Shown here: positions 32,988-44,861 of the stretch, piece by piece
Layout of the letters: every line of letters begins with the position of its first letter
Position numbering within the stretch: position 1 is the stretch's first letter
Assembly (NCBI GenBank): GCA_051546255.1
Contig: CP128815.1
Span: forward strand, 1,426,001 to 1,490,000
DNA: 64,000 bases
Origin: Meyerozyma guilliermondii
Taxonomy: Eukaryota
Reading direction: 5' to 3'
Made by a program: the position numbers and the translations under genes
Notes under the pieces: model-generated
Database searches by the model: none
What the model saw: the letters and a program-made list of their open reading frames with translations, nothing else
Told to the model about the DNA's origin: nothing

Positions 32988-34565
32988 CTATTTAAATGCA
33001 GCTATAGCTCGTTCCAAAGCGGCTCTGTTCCGAAGTAATAAGGTAGCACAACGATTCAGAGCCTTCTTCTTTGAGACGTCAACGGCAGTGCTAAGCGTTC
33101 GGCCTCGAATTGAGAGCCTTGCCTTAAAACTGCCATCTATTTCTTCAACTTGATATTGTGGAATTTCATCAGGACCCAAGTTTTTGGTGACAATGGCATA
33201 TAGCTGGTTTCTAGCATCAGCGTCAACCACCTCACTTCCATCAGAAACCAACGGAAACTGGCGATCGACTATATCAAGTTTGTTAAATCTTGCCTCCACT
33301 TTTGGAGATTCCAGTCTTCTTGTGGAGCTGATCACCGACACAGAACGATCAGTATTGGAGCGTAAACGGCCATATTTTGTCAATACTGGTTTATTGGTGA
33401 GAGCGTGCATCGCAGCCCGCAATCCTGCTTCCTTGTGACTTGGCGCTCGTCCAACACCCAATATTTCACCGTTCATGGTACAAGCTATTTCGAACTGCTT
33501 TTCGCTTCCGTCTCCTTCAACAATCACTTCGTACTGCGGATGTAATGCTGCGGTGCCAATGAGTGAGTATAATTCAGCTTTTGCGTCTTTATTGACTTCC
33601 TTGATGCCTTTCATGTCTCTCGCAATGGAACCTAATTTGTCTTTCATGAGCTTCTTGAGCCACGCTTTGATCTCGGTAATATCGTACTTGCGATCAATAA
33701 TAAGGGCACCTATGTATGCTTCAAACAAGTCTGCATAGATCTTTTGTTTGCCATTGCGTAAATCTTCCTCGTTAATATTACTTTTCAACTTTTTATCAAA
33801 GCCGTACGCCAATGAGAATTCCGTCAAGAAAGCATTGTTGATGAGCAGCGCACGGATTCTAGAGAGCTCACCTTCTGAGGCTGTGGGAAATTGTTCAAAA
33901 ATGATCAAAGTGACCACATTATTCAAAATAGAATCACCTAAAAATTCAAGTCTTTCGTTATGAGAGTTGATGAGCTCAGACATGGCCAAGTACGATTTGC
34001 TATTAGTAGTGGATTTGTGTACGAAAACCCGCGCAGCTAGCTCTGGATCTTTGATGGTAGGAAGTGGAGGAATGCCTTCAACTTGGTTGTTTTCGTCGTC
34101 AGTGGGTACCGCAATTCTCTTTGTCCCATTTGGAGCTTTTGTTTCACCTGCCAGTTTAGGACTGTAGCTAAGTCCATCTGCAAGTATCGAATCCACAACA
34201 GGTATCTCACCGTCCAAATACATGGATTTTAACGATGAAGCCAGCCAAACTGACTTGTTCAATAACATGGCCTGTTTCGTTTCATCATCGATTGCATCAG
34301 AAACGACTATTTTGTTTAATTGGCGTTGATCAGGACATTCATCTAGCAAGGTTCGTAAGTTCTTCTTTATTATCTGGTACGAGTGTTCGATCCGCTGGAC
34401 ATCAGTAATTCCCAACTCGACGGTTTTATCCACAGATTGCTTTTTGGTCTTTTGTGTCGAGATAGATTCAGAAATTCTTTTGGTGGAAGGAGCAACCGAG
34501 TACTCTGACGCACTGGCCCCTCGGTTTAAAGACTCAATAAAGTCATCGTAAGAGGAATCTGGCAT
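32988..34565 (-). CDS. RNase III with two dsRBDs (Rnt1 / budding-yeast Dcr1 type)
   Basis: HNERLEFLGDS and YADLFEAYIGAL catalytic motifs; dsRBD1 DAKAELY...GRAPSHKEAGLRAA; dsRBD2 DARNQLY...SKKKALNRCA. Confidence 0.9.
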   Translation of the reverse strand: MPDSSYDDFIESLNRGASASEYSVAPSTKRISESISTQKTKKQSVDKTVELGITDVQRIEHSYQIIKKNLRTLLDECPDQRQLNKIVVSDAIDDETKQAMLLNKSVWLASSLKSMYLDGEIPVVDSILADGLSYSPKLAGETKAPNGTKRIAVPTDDENNQVEGIPPLPTIKDPELAARVFVHKSTTNSKSYLAMSELINSHNERLEFLGDSILNNVVTLIIFEQFPTASEGELSRIRALLINNAFLTEFSLAYGFDKKLKSNINEEDLRNGKQKIYADLFEAYIGALIIDRKYDITEIKAWLKKLMKDKLGSIARDMKGIKEVNKDAKAELYSLIGTAALHPQYEVIVEGDGSEKQFEIACTMNGEILGVGRAPSHKEAGLRAAMHALTNKPVLTKYGRLRSNTDRSVSVISSTRRLESPKVEARFNKLDIVDRQFPLVSDGSEVVDADARNQLYAIVTKNLGPDEIPQYQVEEIDGSFKARLSIRGRTLSTAVDVSKKKALNRCATLLLRNRAALERAIAAFK

Positions 34566-35049
34566 GACACATTGGATTAGATGGGATGTTGAGAGGATGT
34601 TGAAGGGGATGAGTTGCTAGAGATTTGGTAATTTTTTGAACGGCAGATCACGTGAGTAAGTTAGAGGTGGAGAAGAAGCGGATGGTGGAGATGTTAGGCA
34701 ATTTAGCATCAACGGAGCGAAGTGGGGTTGTAAAGTGGGAGTTAGAGGTGAAATACCAAGGTAAGACAGGTAAAAGTACAGAACGAAAATTCGAATTTTT
34801 TTTGCAATTTTGCAATCTTCTTAATTTTTTCAGTTGTCAAAATAAGTGAAAATACAAAATCGAAAGAAAAGTTGAAACTTCTAGTTCAAACAGAGAGTGT
34901 TCTCTCTTCTTGTTCTGAATCTCTACCTGTTTCTTATGCTCCCATTTAACCTATTCGTCTTTTCCACTTCCCGTACTTTCTCACCAGCGTGCGCACACCA
35001 ACTGAAAATTTCCAGATTTCATCCATTTACGCTGCCTACTGTTCACGCC

Positions 35050-35811
35050 ATGTTCGCCTTGCGAAGCTTGAATCGCTTTTCCGGAGCCATAAGGAGCAGT
35101 CTGGTGCTTCTACATGCCGCCAAATCCATAAGTAGTGGGTCCAGCCTACAAAACCTCAGGTTTAATACCACATCCACAAACTCCCCAGTGTTCTCCGTCG
35201 AGAATCGAGACACTGGAAAGCATATTTGGGCCCGGAAAACCTTCTTGGTCGACTATTACAAGTACTTGAACGACAACAATGAAATTGTGTTATACGTGCA
35301 TCATAATAACTTGGTTAGAGCCGACAACAAGCGGTTTCGATCCGAATTGAAGAAGGCTGGTGCCCAACTCACCATCATCCGTAACAGTATCTACAGTGTA
35401 TATTTGAGATCAGAGCATGAAGAAGACCCAGCAGACAGGGAGACTTCCAAGAAAAACAAGGACGTGGTGCACCCGTTGACGCCGTTGCTCAATGGTCCTA
35501 CTGGTATTATAACCATTTCGCAATGTGATCCGCTGGTGGTGTCGCAGACACTCAAGATTCTCAAGTCTGCTCAAGAAAAACTCATTTTGATAGGAGCAAA
35601 GATCGAAAGTAAGGTGTTTGATATCGACCAAGTCAACCAATTCAAGGATTTGCCCAATAAAGACCAATTACAGGGCCAGCTTGCTGGTTTATTGACCATC
35701 CTTGGAGGTGCTGGTTTGGTAAGAACTTTGGAGTCTCCGGGTACTGCCCTCTACTTGACATTGGATCAACGTAAACAGGATATGGATCCAGAGTCGAATG
35801 ATAGCTTGTAA
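35050..35811 (+). CDS. MRPL11: Mitochondrial ribosomal protein uL10m
   Basis: Presequence from ATG 35050; RKTFLVDYYK, VHHNNL, YLRSEHEEDPA, QLAGLLTILGGAGLVRTLE. Confidence 0.88.
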   Translation: MFALRSLNRFSGAIRSSLVLLHAAKSISSGSSLQNLRFNTTSTNSPVFSVENRDTGKHIWARKTFLVDYYKYLNDNNEIVLYVHHNNLVRADNKRFRSELKKAGAQLTIIRNSIYSVYLRSEHEEDPADRETSKKNKDVVHPLTPLLNGPTGIITISQCDPLVVSQTLKILKSAQEKLILIGAKIESKVFDIDQVNQFKDLPNKDQLQGQLAGLLTILGGAGLVRTLESPGTALYLTLDQRKQDMDPESNDSL

Positions 35812-35913
35812 ATAATATAAATCATAGTGTAAACTTATTGTACCAAATGCCTACCTGACACCAGTAGGCGTATGTGCGATGCTCTTCGCATCGCGAAAAA
35901 CCAACTCCATTAA

Positions 35914-36735
<822 letters not shown>

Positions 36736-36846
36736 GTAATATTGAATACGAACATCGGGGCCACATTGGCATATATAAATACTCTCAAGCTGGGTTATAG
36801 CAAGATAACTACTTAATAAAAAAAATAATAAAAGAACACCACGAGT

Positions 36847-37822
36847 TTACAATCTCACTGGTACCTCAACCTTGGAGGTATCAGCAGCATCGTCAAACTC
36901 ATCCAAGATCGAGTCGTCGGCCGATGATGGGACTTCAGGGAACTTGGAGGCACCGGTGGTGTGGGCAGAAGTAGGTTCTTTGTAGCCATTAGTTTCAGTT
37001 CCAACAGTGGAACCGGCGGTTCTCACGGGAATCTTACTATTGATGAACGATCCAAGAGGTCCAGTTTTCTTCACCAAAGTGTCAAAGTGTGGACCAGCTT
37101 TCTTGTGGGCAGCGGCGCTCAACTCCGAGGCCTTGTCCTTGGCAAGCTTAGTGTATTGGGTGACAGCAGCATCGATCTCCTTCTTGTTGTGAACGTAAAC
37201 CGCTGGGAGGGTAAACGTCAAAACGACACCAGCAAACACCAAAGTATAGAGAGAGAACCATGAGGTGATCTTGTAGAGAACATATGAAAGACCAGCAGCC
37301 TTCAATGTGACTTCAATGTCGTGTGCGTAGATCACCTTTTGGATCTGCTCCTCGAATTTCTCAGAGCATCTGGCCACTTGTGGCAACACTTCACTGTTAA
37401 ATTGCTTAGCGTATGACTTGGCAGCAGGCTTGTACTTGGTAACAAAACCTTGACCAGTCACGAGCTTTCCAGCGTATTCGGCAGCGGCAGCAACTGTAGT
37501 TAGTAAAGGGTTCAGGAGAGTGTCAATCATCTCGATCGAGATCAACGAATCAGAAAAGCATCCGAGTTGTCAATCAAAGAGCTGTCAATGGCTTGTAATT
37601 GACAGATCTTTGGTCCGCTTCGTTATCGGAAAAAAAGTTAAACTTACCTGTCAATCCCAAATAGGCGACGTGGAAGAAAACGTTGAATAAATTAACGGTT
37701 TTAAAAACGATCAAAGTCGCCACAATTCCACCAAAAACCTTACCGGTTCTGGCTGGGTCTTGCCAGGTCAACAAGGCTTTGTTGGGGGTAGTTACGGGGG
37801 TAGTTACAGGGGCGGTAGACAT
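36847..37822 (-). CDS. RTN1: Reticulon, 2 exons (37822-37648, 37493-36847)
   Basis: LLTWQDPARTGKVFG in exon 1; 154-nt intron GTAAGT...TACTAACTACAG; AAEYAGKLVTGQG, FTLPAVY..NKKEID. Confidence 0.9.
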
Positions 37823-38189
37823 TTGTGATAAATCGTCAAAAAGTAAATTGGTGAAATTCTCCTTGAAAATTTCTGTCACGAGACCACATGCCGAGTTGCG
37901 GTAGCAGCAACAATTGCTACGCCCGAGCATCGCGATTCAGGTTCGGGGCTATAGACTACATGTAGAGACTGCCTGTATGCTATTGGATTGGTTTGAACAC
38001 CTACAGCTACATAATGGTTGCAATTGACCTACATGGTTGTGGCACCACTCAGTTCATTGTGCAGGCTGCCGGCCGCTGATAACAGCAATTGGGTGCAAAG
38101 ATGCGCATGAGATAATGTGGCATCGGGTTGCAAATAACCACAAGAATCACCAATCATTCAGTTAGTCTCCTGCGAAAGGTGCGCTCCTT

Positions 38190-41102
38190 TTAATCCTCGA
38201 CGATAGGAACGTATTCTTCCTCCATGACTCCTCGACCCAAGTAATCCGTAATCAATCTGAACCGATCTGTGGTTTCTTCCAAGAGTTGCTGGAACTCTTG
38301 TTCTTGATCCTTGGCTTGTAGTTGTTCCTCGCGGAGTGCTGAAACCTGATCAAAGTCTTTAAAGCAAAGAGGACAGCGCTGAGTTGAATCATTAGCCAGT
38401 TTGGATACTGCCATAAACGTATTTTCATTCAAACACCGCTGGTGATAAGAGTGTTTGCATTTGAAATGGACCATTGGAAAGTCAAGTTTCAAGTGGCACA
38501 TAGAGCACTTGTTGTTCTGAAGCAAAAATGGTTGTGATTTCAACTCGTTTAGTTTGAGAGTATTTTTGGTGGATTCGCTCTCATACGACTGGATAAGTTT
38601 TTCGTTATTGGATATCTCCTGTGACTGCTCGTCAAGGTATTCGATGAGATAATCCTTCACTAGTCCTAAAGTGGTGAAATCCTTGCTGCTTAGTATGCGT
38701 ACCACTTCTATTGGCGTTGCCAAACGATGCGTTTGAATATTCCGAAGGACATACGACATGTCCTTTTGTGTAGTTTTGTTGAATACTGTCTTCAGCGAAA
38801 CCATGTACCGCAACAACATCATGAATAGCGCTGGTTTCGCATCTCCGTACGTCTTCACAATATTGAAACACTCATTAATATCACCAACGATTTGAGCGCT
38901 TTGAAATAAACTTTCCTCGAATCCACTTTGCTGCTGAGAAAACTTCTCGCCCTCTTGAAACCCATTAATATGTGAAAGTAACAACACAGACAGCCTGTCC
39001 AAAAGTTTTGGATATTGAGCAATTAAAGCATTAGCCTTTTTCAGCCACTCAGTGGCATTCTCTGGGTCCGATTTTGCCAATGAAAGATATCTTTCAAACA
39101 ATGTTATCAATAAGTCTTTCTTGTCGTTGGAATTTCCTTGGTACTTGTCAAAAGTATGTATGCATGCCTCCAAAAAGATAACGAATTCGTATGGATTATT
39201 GATAAAGCTTGAAAATATCAAACTTGCCCTTGGAGGCATATAAGTAGGTTCGCTGGGTTCAGGAAGCTTTTCAACCTTCAGGTCTCCACCTATATAGTTG
39301 AGAAACGCCATATAACTGCTGAGGGTGCCTGTAGTCTCGGCCTCGTTCGCTTTCCCATTTTCTGTGTCGACGGTAGGCTCAATCTTGATTGGTTTGTAGC
39401 TTCCAGTGAACACATTGATAAGAAGTTCGGTGGTTTCAAGTGGTAATTGTTCTAGTAACTGTTTCGAATGCTCAATCAAAATCAACAACAAGTCGTCTAC
39501 TGGAAGTCCCTTCACGAATTTGAGACACTGGTTGGGCTGTTTCAAGTCGTTGAGCTGTATAGCCACAATCAAATTGGGCTGGTCTAGCTTATTTAGCAAT
39601 TTGATCACCTGAGGATAAAACTGACACTCCTTAAAAAGATTTATGATCAACTGGAAATTTAAGTTGTGAAGACTAGAACTCTTAGACAAGTCCAAATTTT
39701 CAATAAATTTATCGAGCTCATCAACCATCTGAAGCTTGCAATAGCAACAGAGGAGAAGAGTAATGTGATCGTTATCAGCAAACCCGATTTCAGATAAGCT
39801 GGTCAAGAACTGCGTGAGATTTTTCGTATTGGAAACGTCTTTGAATTTGATAATGATGCTCATAATGAATTCCTGAACCGTTTCATCAGAGGTATCGTTC
39901 CAGTCAAAAAAGTTGAGGCAGCGAGCATAGCATTGGATTGATTCCTCAAAGCTTCCAGATTCGTAGAGATGGTCTCCATGCTGTCTTTCAATCTTTAAAA
40001 GCATTTTTTTGGGAAGATTCCATTGCACGGCAAGTTTATGAGCTATGGAAAACAATTGTCGCTGGAGAATGATTTCGATCTGCTGGTTAATAGGTTTTTC
40101 ATGGAGTTGATAGAGGAGGCCGTTGGAATCAAGGAGGTAAATGTCGTCCCACATTGTGAATACGTGAGTGATCGATGCATTTGGGATGGTGAGACTGAAG
40201 GAAATATGTTTGTTGACCAAGTCGATTATCACCACTCTAGTCAGTTGCAAGTCTTCGCCTGAAAGCGACACTATTAGCAAGTAATTCTTGTGGTACTTGT
40301 GGATGGTCCTTTTCGGCATATCTAACAAGATAGTTTCTAGCTTTCGAAGGTGCGAATAATAGCGAATGGATTCTGGAGTAGCCACAATCATATTTTGAGT
40401 TTCGTCATCAATGGTACTGCAGAGCAAGTCCACGCCTGTTTTCTTGGACAAGATCCGACTTGGCTGGCCATAGTTTCTGCCGGTGGTCTGTACGGTGATT
40501 ATTCTCGAGGTGGTGGTCACATAAATAAGATCGTATGCCTTATTGAAATGAACTCCTGTGATTGAGTCGTGGGAATCGTACACTATTCGCTGCTTAGATC
40601 CTCGGTCTCGAATAAGATCTCCACGAACAAGAACTACTTTTCCATTCGTGTATCCTATGGCCAAACATGTGAGGCTGTGATTGAACAGAAAGCAGCTTAT
40701 AGGGTATGAATTGTCGCCATTGTGGATTGTTACCATAGTATGGTACTTGAAATGAGTTTCTACTACTCCTGACTGTACTGCGTCCAAAACTTTGTGCAAA
40801 TCCCATAACTTAATGATGGGTGGAGATCCTAGTTTCTCCGCTATAGTCAATACCAAATCTGAATTCGGCACAGATTTGACAAAAGTGATCCTATAATCCC
40901 AGTCATACGCCTGGAACTCTCCCACGGCCTCCATCTGCTTGTTTATGACCTTTAAAGACGCCAGCTTTACAGCTATCACGAGATAGTTGGAAGAGCCGCC
41001 GATTGCCGATAACGACAGATCCGAGTAAAGTTGATCATTCGACCTGTAATTGGGATCTCGTATAGGGATGGTGTCGAAGAGCTGGAATTGACGCCACGCC
41101 AT
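38190..41102 (-). CDS. PEP5: HOPS/CORVET subunit Vps11
   Basis: MAWRQFQLFD, RGDLIRDRGSKQR, C-terminal RING (CSMC..HFKCKHSYHQRC..CPLC). Confidence 0.94.
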   Translation of the reverse strand: MAWRQFQLFDTIPIRDPNYRSNDQLYSDLSLSAIGGSSNYLVIAVKLASLKVINKQMEAVGEFQAYDWDYRITFVKSVPNSDLVLTIAEKLGSPPIIKLWDLHKVLDAVQSGVVETHFKYHTMVTIHNGDNSYPISCFLFNHSLTCLAIGYTNGKVVLVRGDLIRDRGSKQRIVYDSHDSITGVHFNKAYDLIYVTTTSRIITVQTTGRNYGQPSRILSKKTGVDLLCSTIDDETQNMIVATPESIRYYSHLRKLETILLDMPKRTIHKYHKNYLLIVSLSGEDLQLTRVVIIDLVNKHISFSLTIPNASITHVFTMWDDIYLLDSNGLLYQLHEKPINQQIEIILQRQLFSIAHKLAVQWNLPKKMLLKIERQHGDHLYESGSFEESIQCYARCLNFFDWNDTSDETVQEFIMSIIIKFKDVSNTKNLTQFLTSLSEIGFADNDHITLLLCCYCKLQMVDELDKFIENLDLSKSSSLHNLNFQLIINLFKECQFYPQVIKLLNKLDQPNLIVAIQLNDLKQPNQCLKFVKGLPVDDLLLILIEHSKQLLEQLPLETTELLINVFTGSYKPIKIEPTVDTENGKANEAETTGTLSSYMAFLNYIGGDLKVEKLPEPSEPTYMPPRASLIFSSFINNPYEFVIFLEACIHTFDKYQGNSNDKKDLLITLFERYLSLAKSDPENATEWLKKANALIAQYPKLLDRLSVLLLSHINGFQEGEKFSQQQSGFEESLFQSAQIVGDINECFNIVKTYGDAKPALFMMLLRYMVSLKTVFNKTTQKDMSYVLRNIQTHRLATPIEVVRILSSKDFTTLGLVKDYLIEYLDEQSQEISNNEKLIQSYESESTKNTLKLNELKSQPFLLQNNKCSMCHLKLDFPMVHFKCKHSYHQRCLNENTFMAVSKLANDSTQRCPLCFKDFDQVSALREEQLQAKDQEQEFQQLLEETTDRFRLITDYLGRGVMEEEYVPIVED

Positions 41103-41258
41103 GGCTCAAACCTTTATATAAGTAGTGGTTATTGGGAGAGGTGACTATTGGGTGGGTTGAGTTTGTCGCGAACTACCAACTACTTCGCGCGCAGGTTCTG
41201 CACCAGTCGTGGACGAACGTGGGATTCCGAACAACAAAAAGAACGCTATTTTTCAGCC

Positions 41259-43499
41259 ATGTCACAGTACGACCCTGTTCTGGACACATACAAGGAGGCG
41301 AGCAAACCTGGTACAGACGTAGAACAGCCTAAAATAGTGCACAATGAAAATTCAACACTACTCAACGGCCAATCATTTCCCCTAAACCGGGCCCAATTAC
41401 CGTCGAATTTGCCCAGCTTCTCAGAACAACGTCCCACCGCGTATGCTCCTCCGTTGATACCTCCAATCCAGCCACGGGAACCTTCTGAACAGCCAAATAC
41501 CTTCACCCCAACCACGGAAATGGTGATCGAAATGGCCAAAAATAGAGAGCAATTTGTTGCTGGAAAGGACCACCAAGCTGGTGTTGGAGCAACCGATCAT
41601 GTTATTGCCGGTGAGAGCGCTGGTCTGCTTCCATCACCACTTTCGACACAACGAGAGATTTCTGAACTGGTTACTTCAGTTCCTTCATCCGCTGGTATGC
41701 GAACCAGTCGAGTCGTCTATAACGTTCCACCCAAAACAGAACCTGAACCGCCTCGCAAAAAGGCAAAGAAAAAGCCCACAAACCAAGTTGCAACCTCCAA
41801 AAGTGCCCGGCATTTGAAAAAGGCCGATGGGGAACCCTTTTGGAGAAAAGACATTCAGTACGATTTCTTGCAAGCAGTTTTCGATGACCAGACGAAGGCA
41901 TTCACAAACTCGTTTCCACACTGCGAAATCTTGGCATCGTGTAATGAACCCAAACTCACGTTTTGTGATCTCTATATTCGTACGATTGCCGAGCTGGGTA
42001 AATGCTCCAAGATCTTGCGTGAGAGATTGCTTCGTAACCGAGAAATGGGCAAATCTGTGGCCAAGGTATGTCTTTTGGTAAACTCAGGAAGACTCAACAC
42101 CACCATAAATTTTGTTCCGGATATGCGCTCGCTTATGAGAACCTATCATTCGATTCCATCACTTCAGGCCGATCCTATATACGGAGGTTCCAAACCGTTG
42201 CAAGATACACCTCGTATCAAATCGATTTTGAAGGCGGTGACGGAAGTTGACCCTCCTTTGCGTTCATTGGATCATGTACTTCAATATCCACCAGCAAAGA
42301 AACCCAATGTGACTCCTACACAATTAATATTTTTCATGAGCAACACGTTTAAACCAATAAGGTTTCAACATGACCCTTCAGATCCCGCCGTAGAGCATCC
42401 AGCTGTCACCGCCTTTTTAGGTGAAGGAAACCGTTTCATGGAGTTTTTCATGAATTCAAAGATACATCCTGCCAATAGAGCAAAGCGGTTCTTATGGCTC
42501 ATGTATACATATATTGAGACAAGCTTCACGGAGGAAGAGTTGAAGCTTAATCCCTTCCATTCAAGCATAATTAATCCTATTGAGTTATTGGAGGATGGAC
42601 AAGTGGATGACTTTGACAAAGACACCGACTATGAGATCCAGTATTCTGAAAAAATGTACAGCACAAGACTCAAGTGCATTGCAGAAGAAGAGCACAATAC
42701 ACTACCCAAGAGAGGCAATAAGGCCAAAAAGTCTAATGTGGATGATTATGACGAATCCTTTGACGTCCATAGTCCAGACCCTCATGGGGACGATTTCGAA
42801 TATCATCATCCAGCCAAGAAACAAAAAGTTGCAGACCCTACTCCTGTTTCTACTCATGATCTCTTGAGCGATGATATTGACTACTCACAGTACACTCTTG
42901 GAGATGATTTGGTAGACGGCTTTGAAGGACCGGTTCCCGCACATTTACCCCAGATTCCAATCAAAGACTTGTGTGATATATACATGGCATACACAGACAG
43001 TTACCCCCGAGTTCCTCGAAGTTACACCTCGGCAGCTTCACAGCAGAATATAGCTGCCAAGTCAGCACCATACATACATCAAGCCAGTGAAGATTACAAG
43101 CTGACGAAAACCAGCTTTGAGGCGAGAAAAGCAGCTTTGAAAGAATGGATGAGAAAATATTTTGAGGCTAGAAAAGATAGTGGAAACCGTTTGGTCGGTA
43201 TAGAATGGGAACGTTTGCGGTACGATGTATTAAGTGGTGTTGAAGGTTTTATGTACCGTCACACGGCAAAGGTCTTGGAAGCACTTCAAAAGAGTGTTAA
43301 TAATTCCAATGAAGAAATCAAGATTCCCGAAATGGAATTTCTTCCAGTGTACGAGTTTGACAAGATTGGACAACAAGCAGATTATTTGTGCAAGGTGCTG
43401 TCGTTCTGTGAGGAGTTATACCCCAAAGTTGTTCCCGCACATGCCACAACCACTAAAATGACGTTTGATTTGGAAAATGAGGTATTGAAGTTAGAGTAG
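41259..43499 (+). CDS. IES1: INO80 complex subunit Ies1
   Basis: RHLKKADGEPFWRKDIQYDFL, RTYHSIPSLQ, LQDTPRIKSILK, RAKRFLWLMYTYIE; ATG at 41259. Confidence 0.85.
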   Translation: MSQYDPVLDTYKEASKPGTDVEQPKIVHNENSTLLNGQSFPLNRAQLPSNLPSFSEQRPTAYAPPLIPPIQPREPSEQPNTFTPTTEMVIEMAKNREQFVAGKDHQAGVGATDHVIAGESAGLLPSPLSTQREISELVTSVPSSAGMRTSRVVYNVPPKTEPEPPRKKAKKKPTNQVATSKSARHLKKADGEPFWRKDIQYDFLQAVFDDQTKAFTNSFPHCEILASCNEPKLTFCDLYIRTIAELGKCSKILRERLLRNREMGKSVAKVCLLVNSGRLNTTINFVPDMRSLMRTYHSIPSLQADPIYGGSKPLQDTPRIKSILKAVTEVDPPLRSLDHVLQYPPAKKPNVTPTQLIFFMSNTFKPIRFQHDPSDPAVEHPAVTAFLGEGNRFMEFFMNSKIHPANRAKRFLWLMYTYIETSFTEEELKLNPFHSSIINPIELLEDGQVDDFDKDTDYEIQYSEKMYSTRLKCIAEEEHNTLPKRGNKAKKSNVDDYDESFDVHSPDPHGDDFEYHHPAKKQKVADPTPVSTHDLLSDDIDYSQYTLGDDLVDGFEGPVPAHLPQIPIKDLCDIYMAYTDSYPRVPRSYTSAASQQNIAAKSAPYIHQASEDYKLTKTSFEARKAALKEWMRKYFEARKDSGNRLVGIEWERLRYDVLSGVEGFMYRHTAKVLEALQKSVNNSNEEIKIPEMEFLPVYEFDKIGQQADYLCKVLSFCEELYPKVVPAHATTTKMTFDLENEVLKLE

Positions 43500-43515
43500 A
43501 TGTCCTTTCTTAGGT

Positions 43516-44670
43516 TCATATCATGACATGAAACGACGTTTTAATTATAGTTTCGAGCGCAGCTACTACGCCGTGCTCTTCTGCTAGAGCGGAAAACAAC
43601 GACGATAAATCCATGGCCGTAGAATTGTTTGTAGCGATAAGCTTGAGGTCCGAGCCACAGGCACCAGTCGTATAGTCACTTAGTATGATATTCCAAACAA
43701 GTCTGATGGTATAGATGGAATTTTCAACTGGCACATTCAACTCGACGCTTTCAACGGTCCGAACTATGGCGTAAAGTCGAACATCGTTATCGATCTCGTG
43801 TGAATCCATAAGTGGTTTAAAGCGAGAGTGGGCGATAAACTTGGAGAACTTGCGTATTATCTCGTAGATTGTCTGAACTCTTTTTTGGAGGATACCGGAC
43901 AAAGACGCTAGACAGTGCATTAATATGTTGAGCTTGCATAGCACAAGGAAGTCGTGTTCTATCTTTTGGTGTATCGTGGGTGACAAGAGAGATAAGGTAA
44001 TTAGTGCAGATTTGCTGGTGATCTGTATGCTTGAAACAGAATTCAGAGACGTGAGATTTATCTTGAAAGGAACTTTGAACAAATTGGGCGATATTAAAGT
44101 GAAGATCAACGTCCTGGTGCCGTCATCGTTTGTAAGTGATTGTTGTTGGCGAACATCCAAGAACGGAGCAAAGTGACGCACCATCTTCAAGCGGTCTTTC
44201 CAGTCATCTGAGGGTAGAAAGCTGAAATTGGAAGATGGAATCATGGAAAGTTGGGCTTGTGACGTTGCTGGAGAGGCGTCCAGGGTCCGTTTACGAATCG
44301 TCTTTTTCACTTTTTTCTTAGCAGGTGGCTGTTTTTTTGAGCGCAAATAGTTCACTCTAATGTTGATTTCCTCCACATCCGACTTCAATTCAGAGCGCTT
44401 GATCAACAAAGAGTCGCGTAGCTTCTTGAGACGTAGTCGTTCTTGGTTCTCTTCTAAAAGGGCATTTAACAGTGCCTCAGGGTCGTCTGGATGCAGCTGA
44501 TCAGGACCAGATTCTGAGTCGTTAGATGCATTATGAAGTGTTATAGTTTTGCTTGGTGACTCCCTTTGCTCTGAATTGGTGGTATTTGGAAGGTTTATAT
44601 CCTCAAATGCGTTTTTTTTCGGCGAACCACCTAAAATATCATCTAGTGATAACAGTGGAAGTCTGCTCAT
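43516..44670 (-). CDS. Probable kinetochore CENP-P/Ctf19-like protein
   Basis: N-terminal coiled coil followed by an RWD-like region; C-terminus LVWNI...LFSALAEEHGVVAALETIIK resembles the CENP-P C-terminus; ATG at 44670. Confidence 0.5.
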   Translation of the reverse strand: MSRLPLLSLDDILGGSPKKNAFEDINLPNTTNSEQRESPSKTITLHNASNDSESGPDQLHPDDPEALLNALLEENQERLRLKKLRDSLLIKRSELKSDVEEINIRVNYLRSKKQPPAKKKVKKTIRKRTLDASPATSQAQLSMIPSSNFSFLPSDDWKDRLKMVRHFAPFLDVRQQQSLTNDDGTRTLIFTLISPNLFKVPFKINLTSLNSVSSIQITSKSALITLSLLSPTIHQKIEHDFLVLCKLNILMHCLASLSGILQKRVQTIYEIIRKFSKFIAHSRFKPLMDSHEIDNDVRLYAIVRTVESVELNVPVENSIYTIRLVWNIILSDYTTGACGSDLKLIATNNSTAMDLSSLFSALAEEHGVVAALETIIKTSFHVMI

Positions 44671-44861
44671 TTTGGCTTTTATGAATTGCAAAGAGCTTAA
44701 AGAACGTTTGACGGCATTTAAGTACTCCTATAGTCAATAAGGAAAATATAATCGTTCTTGTCTGGTTAAATAAATAAACTGAATGAATGAATGTGTGTTG
44801 TTTGTTGATTGATTCGCGTTATCGCACGAATTTCAATATCGATGAGCATAAATACTACAAG

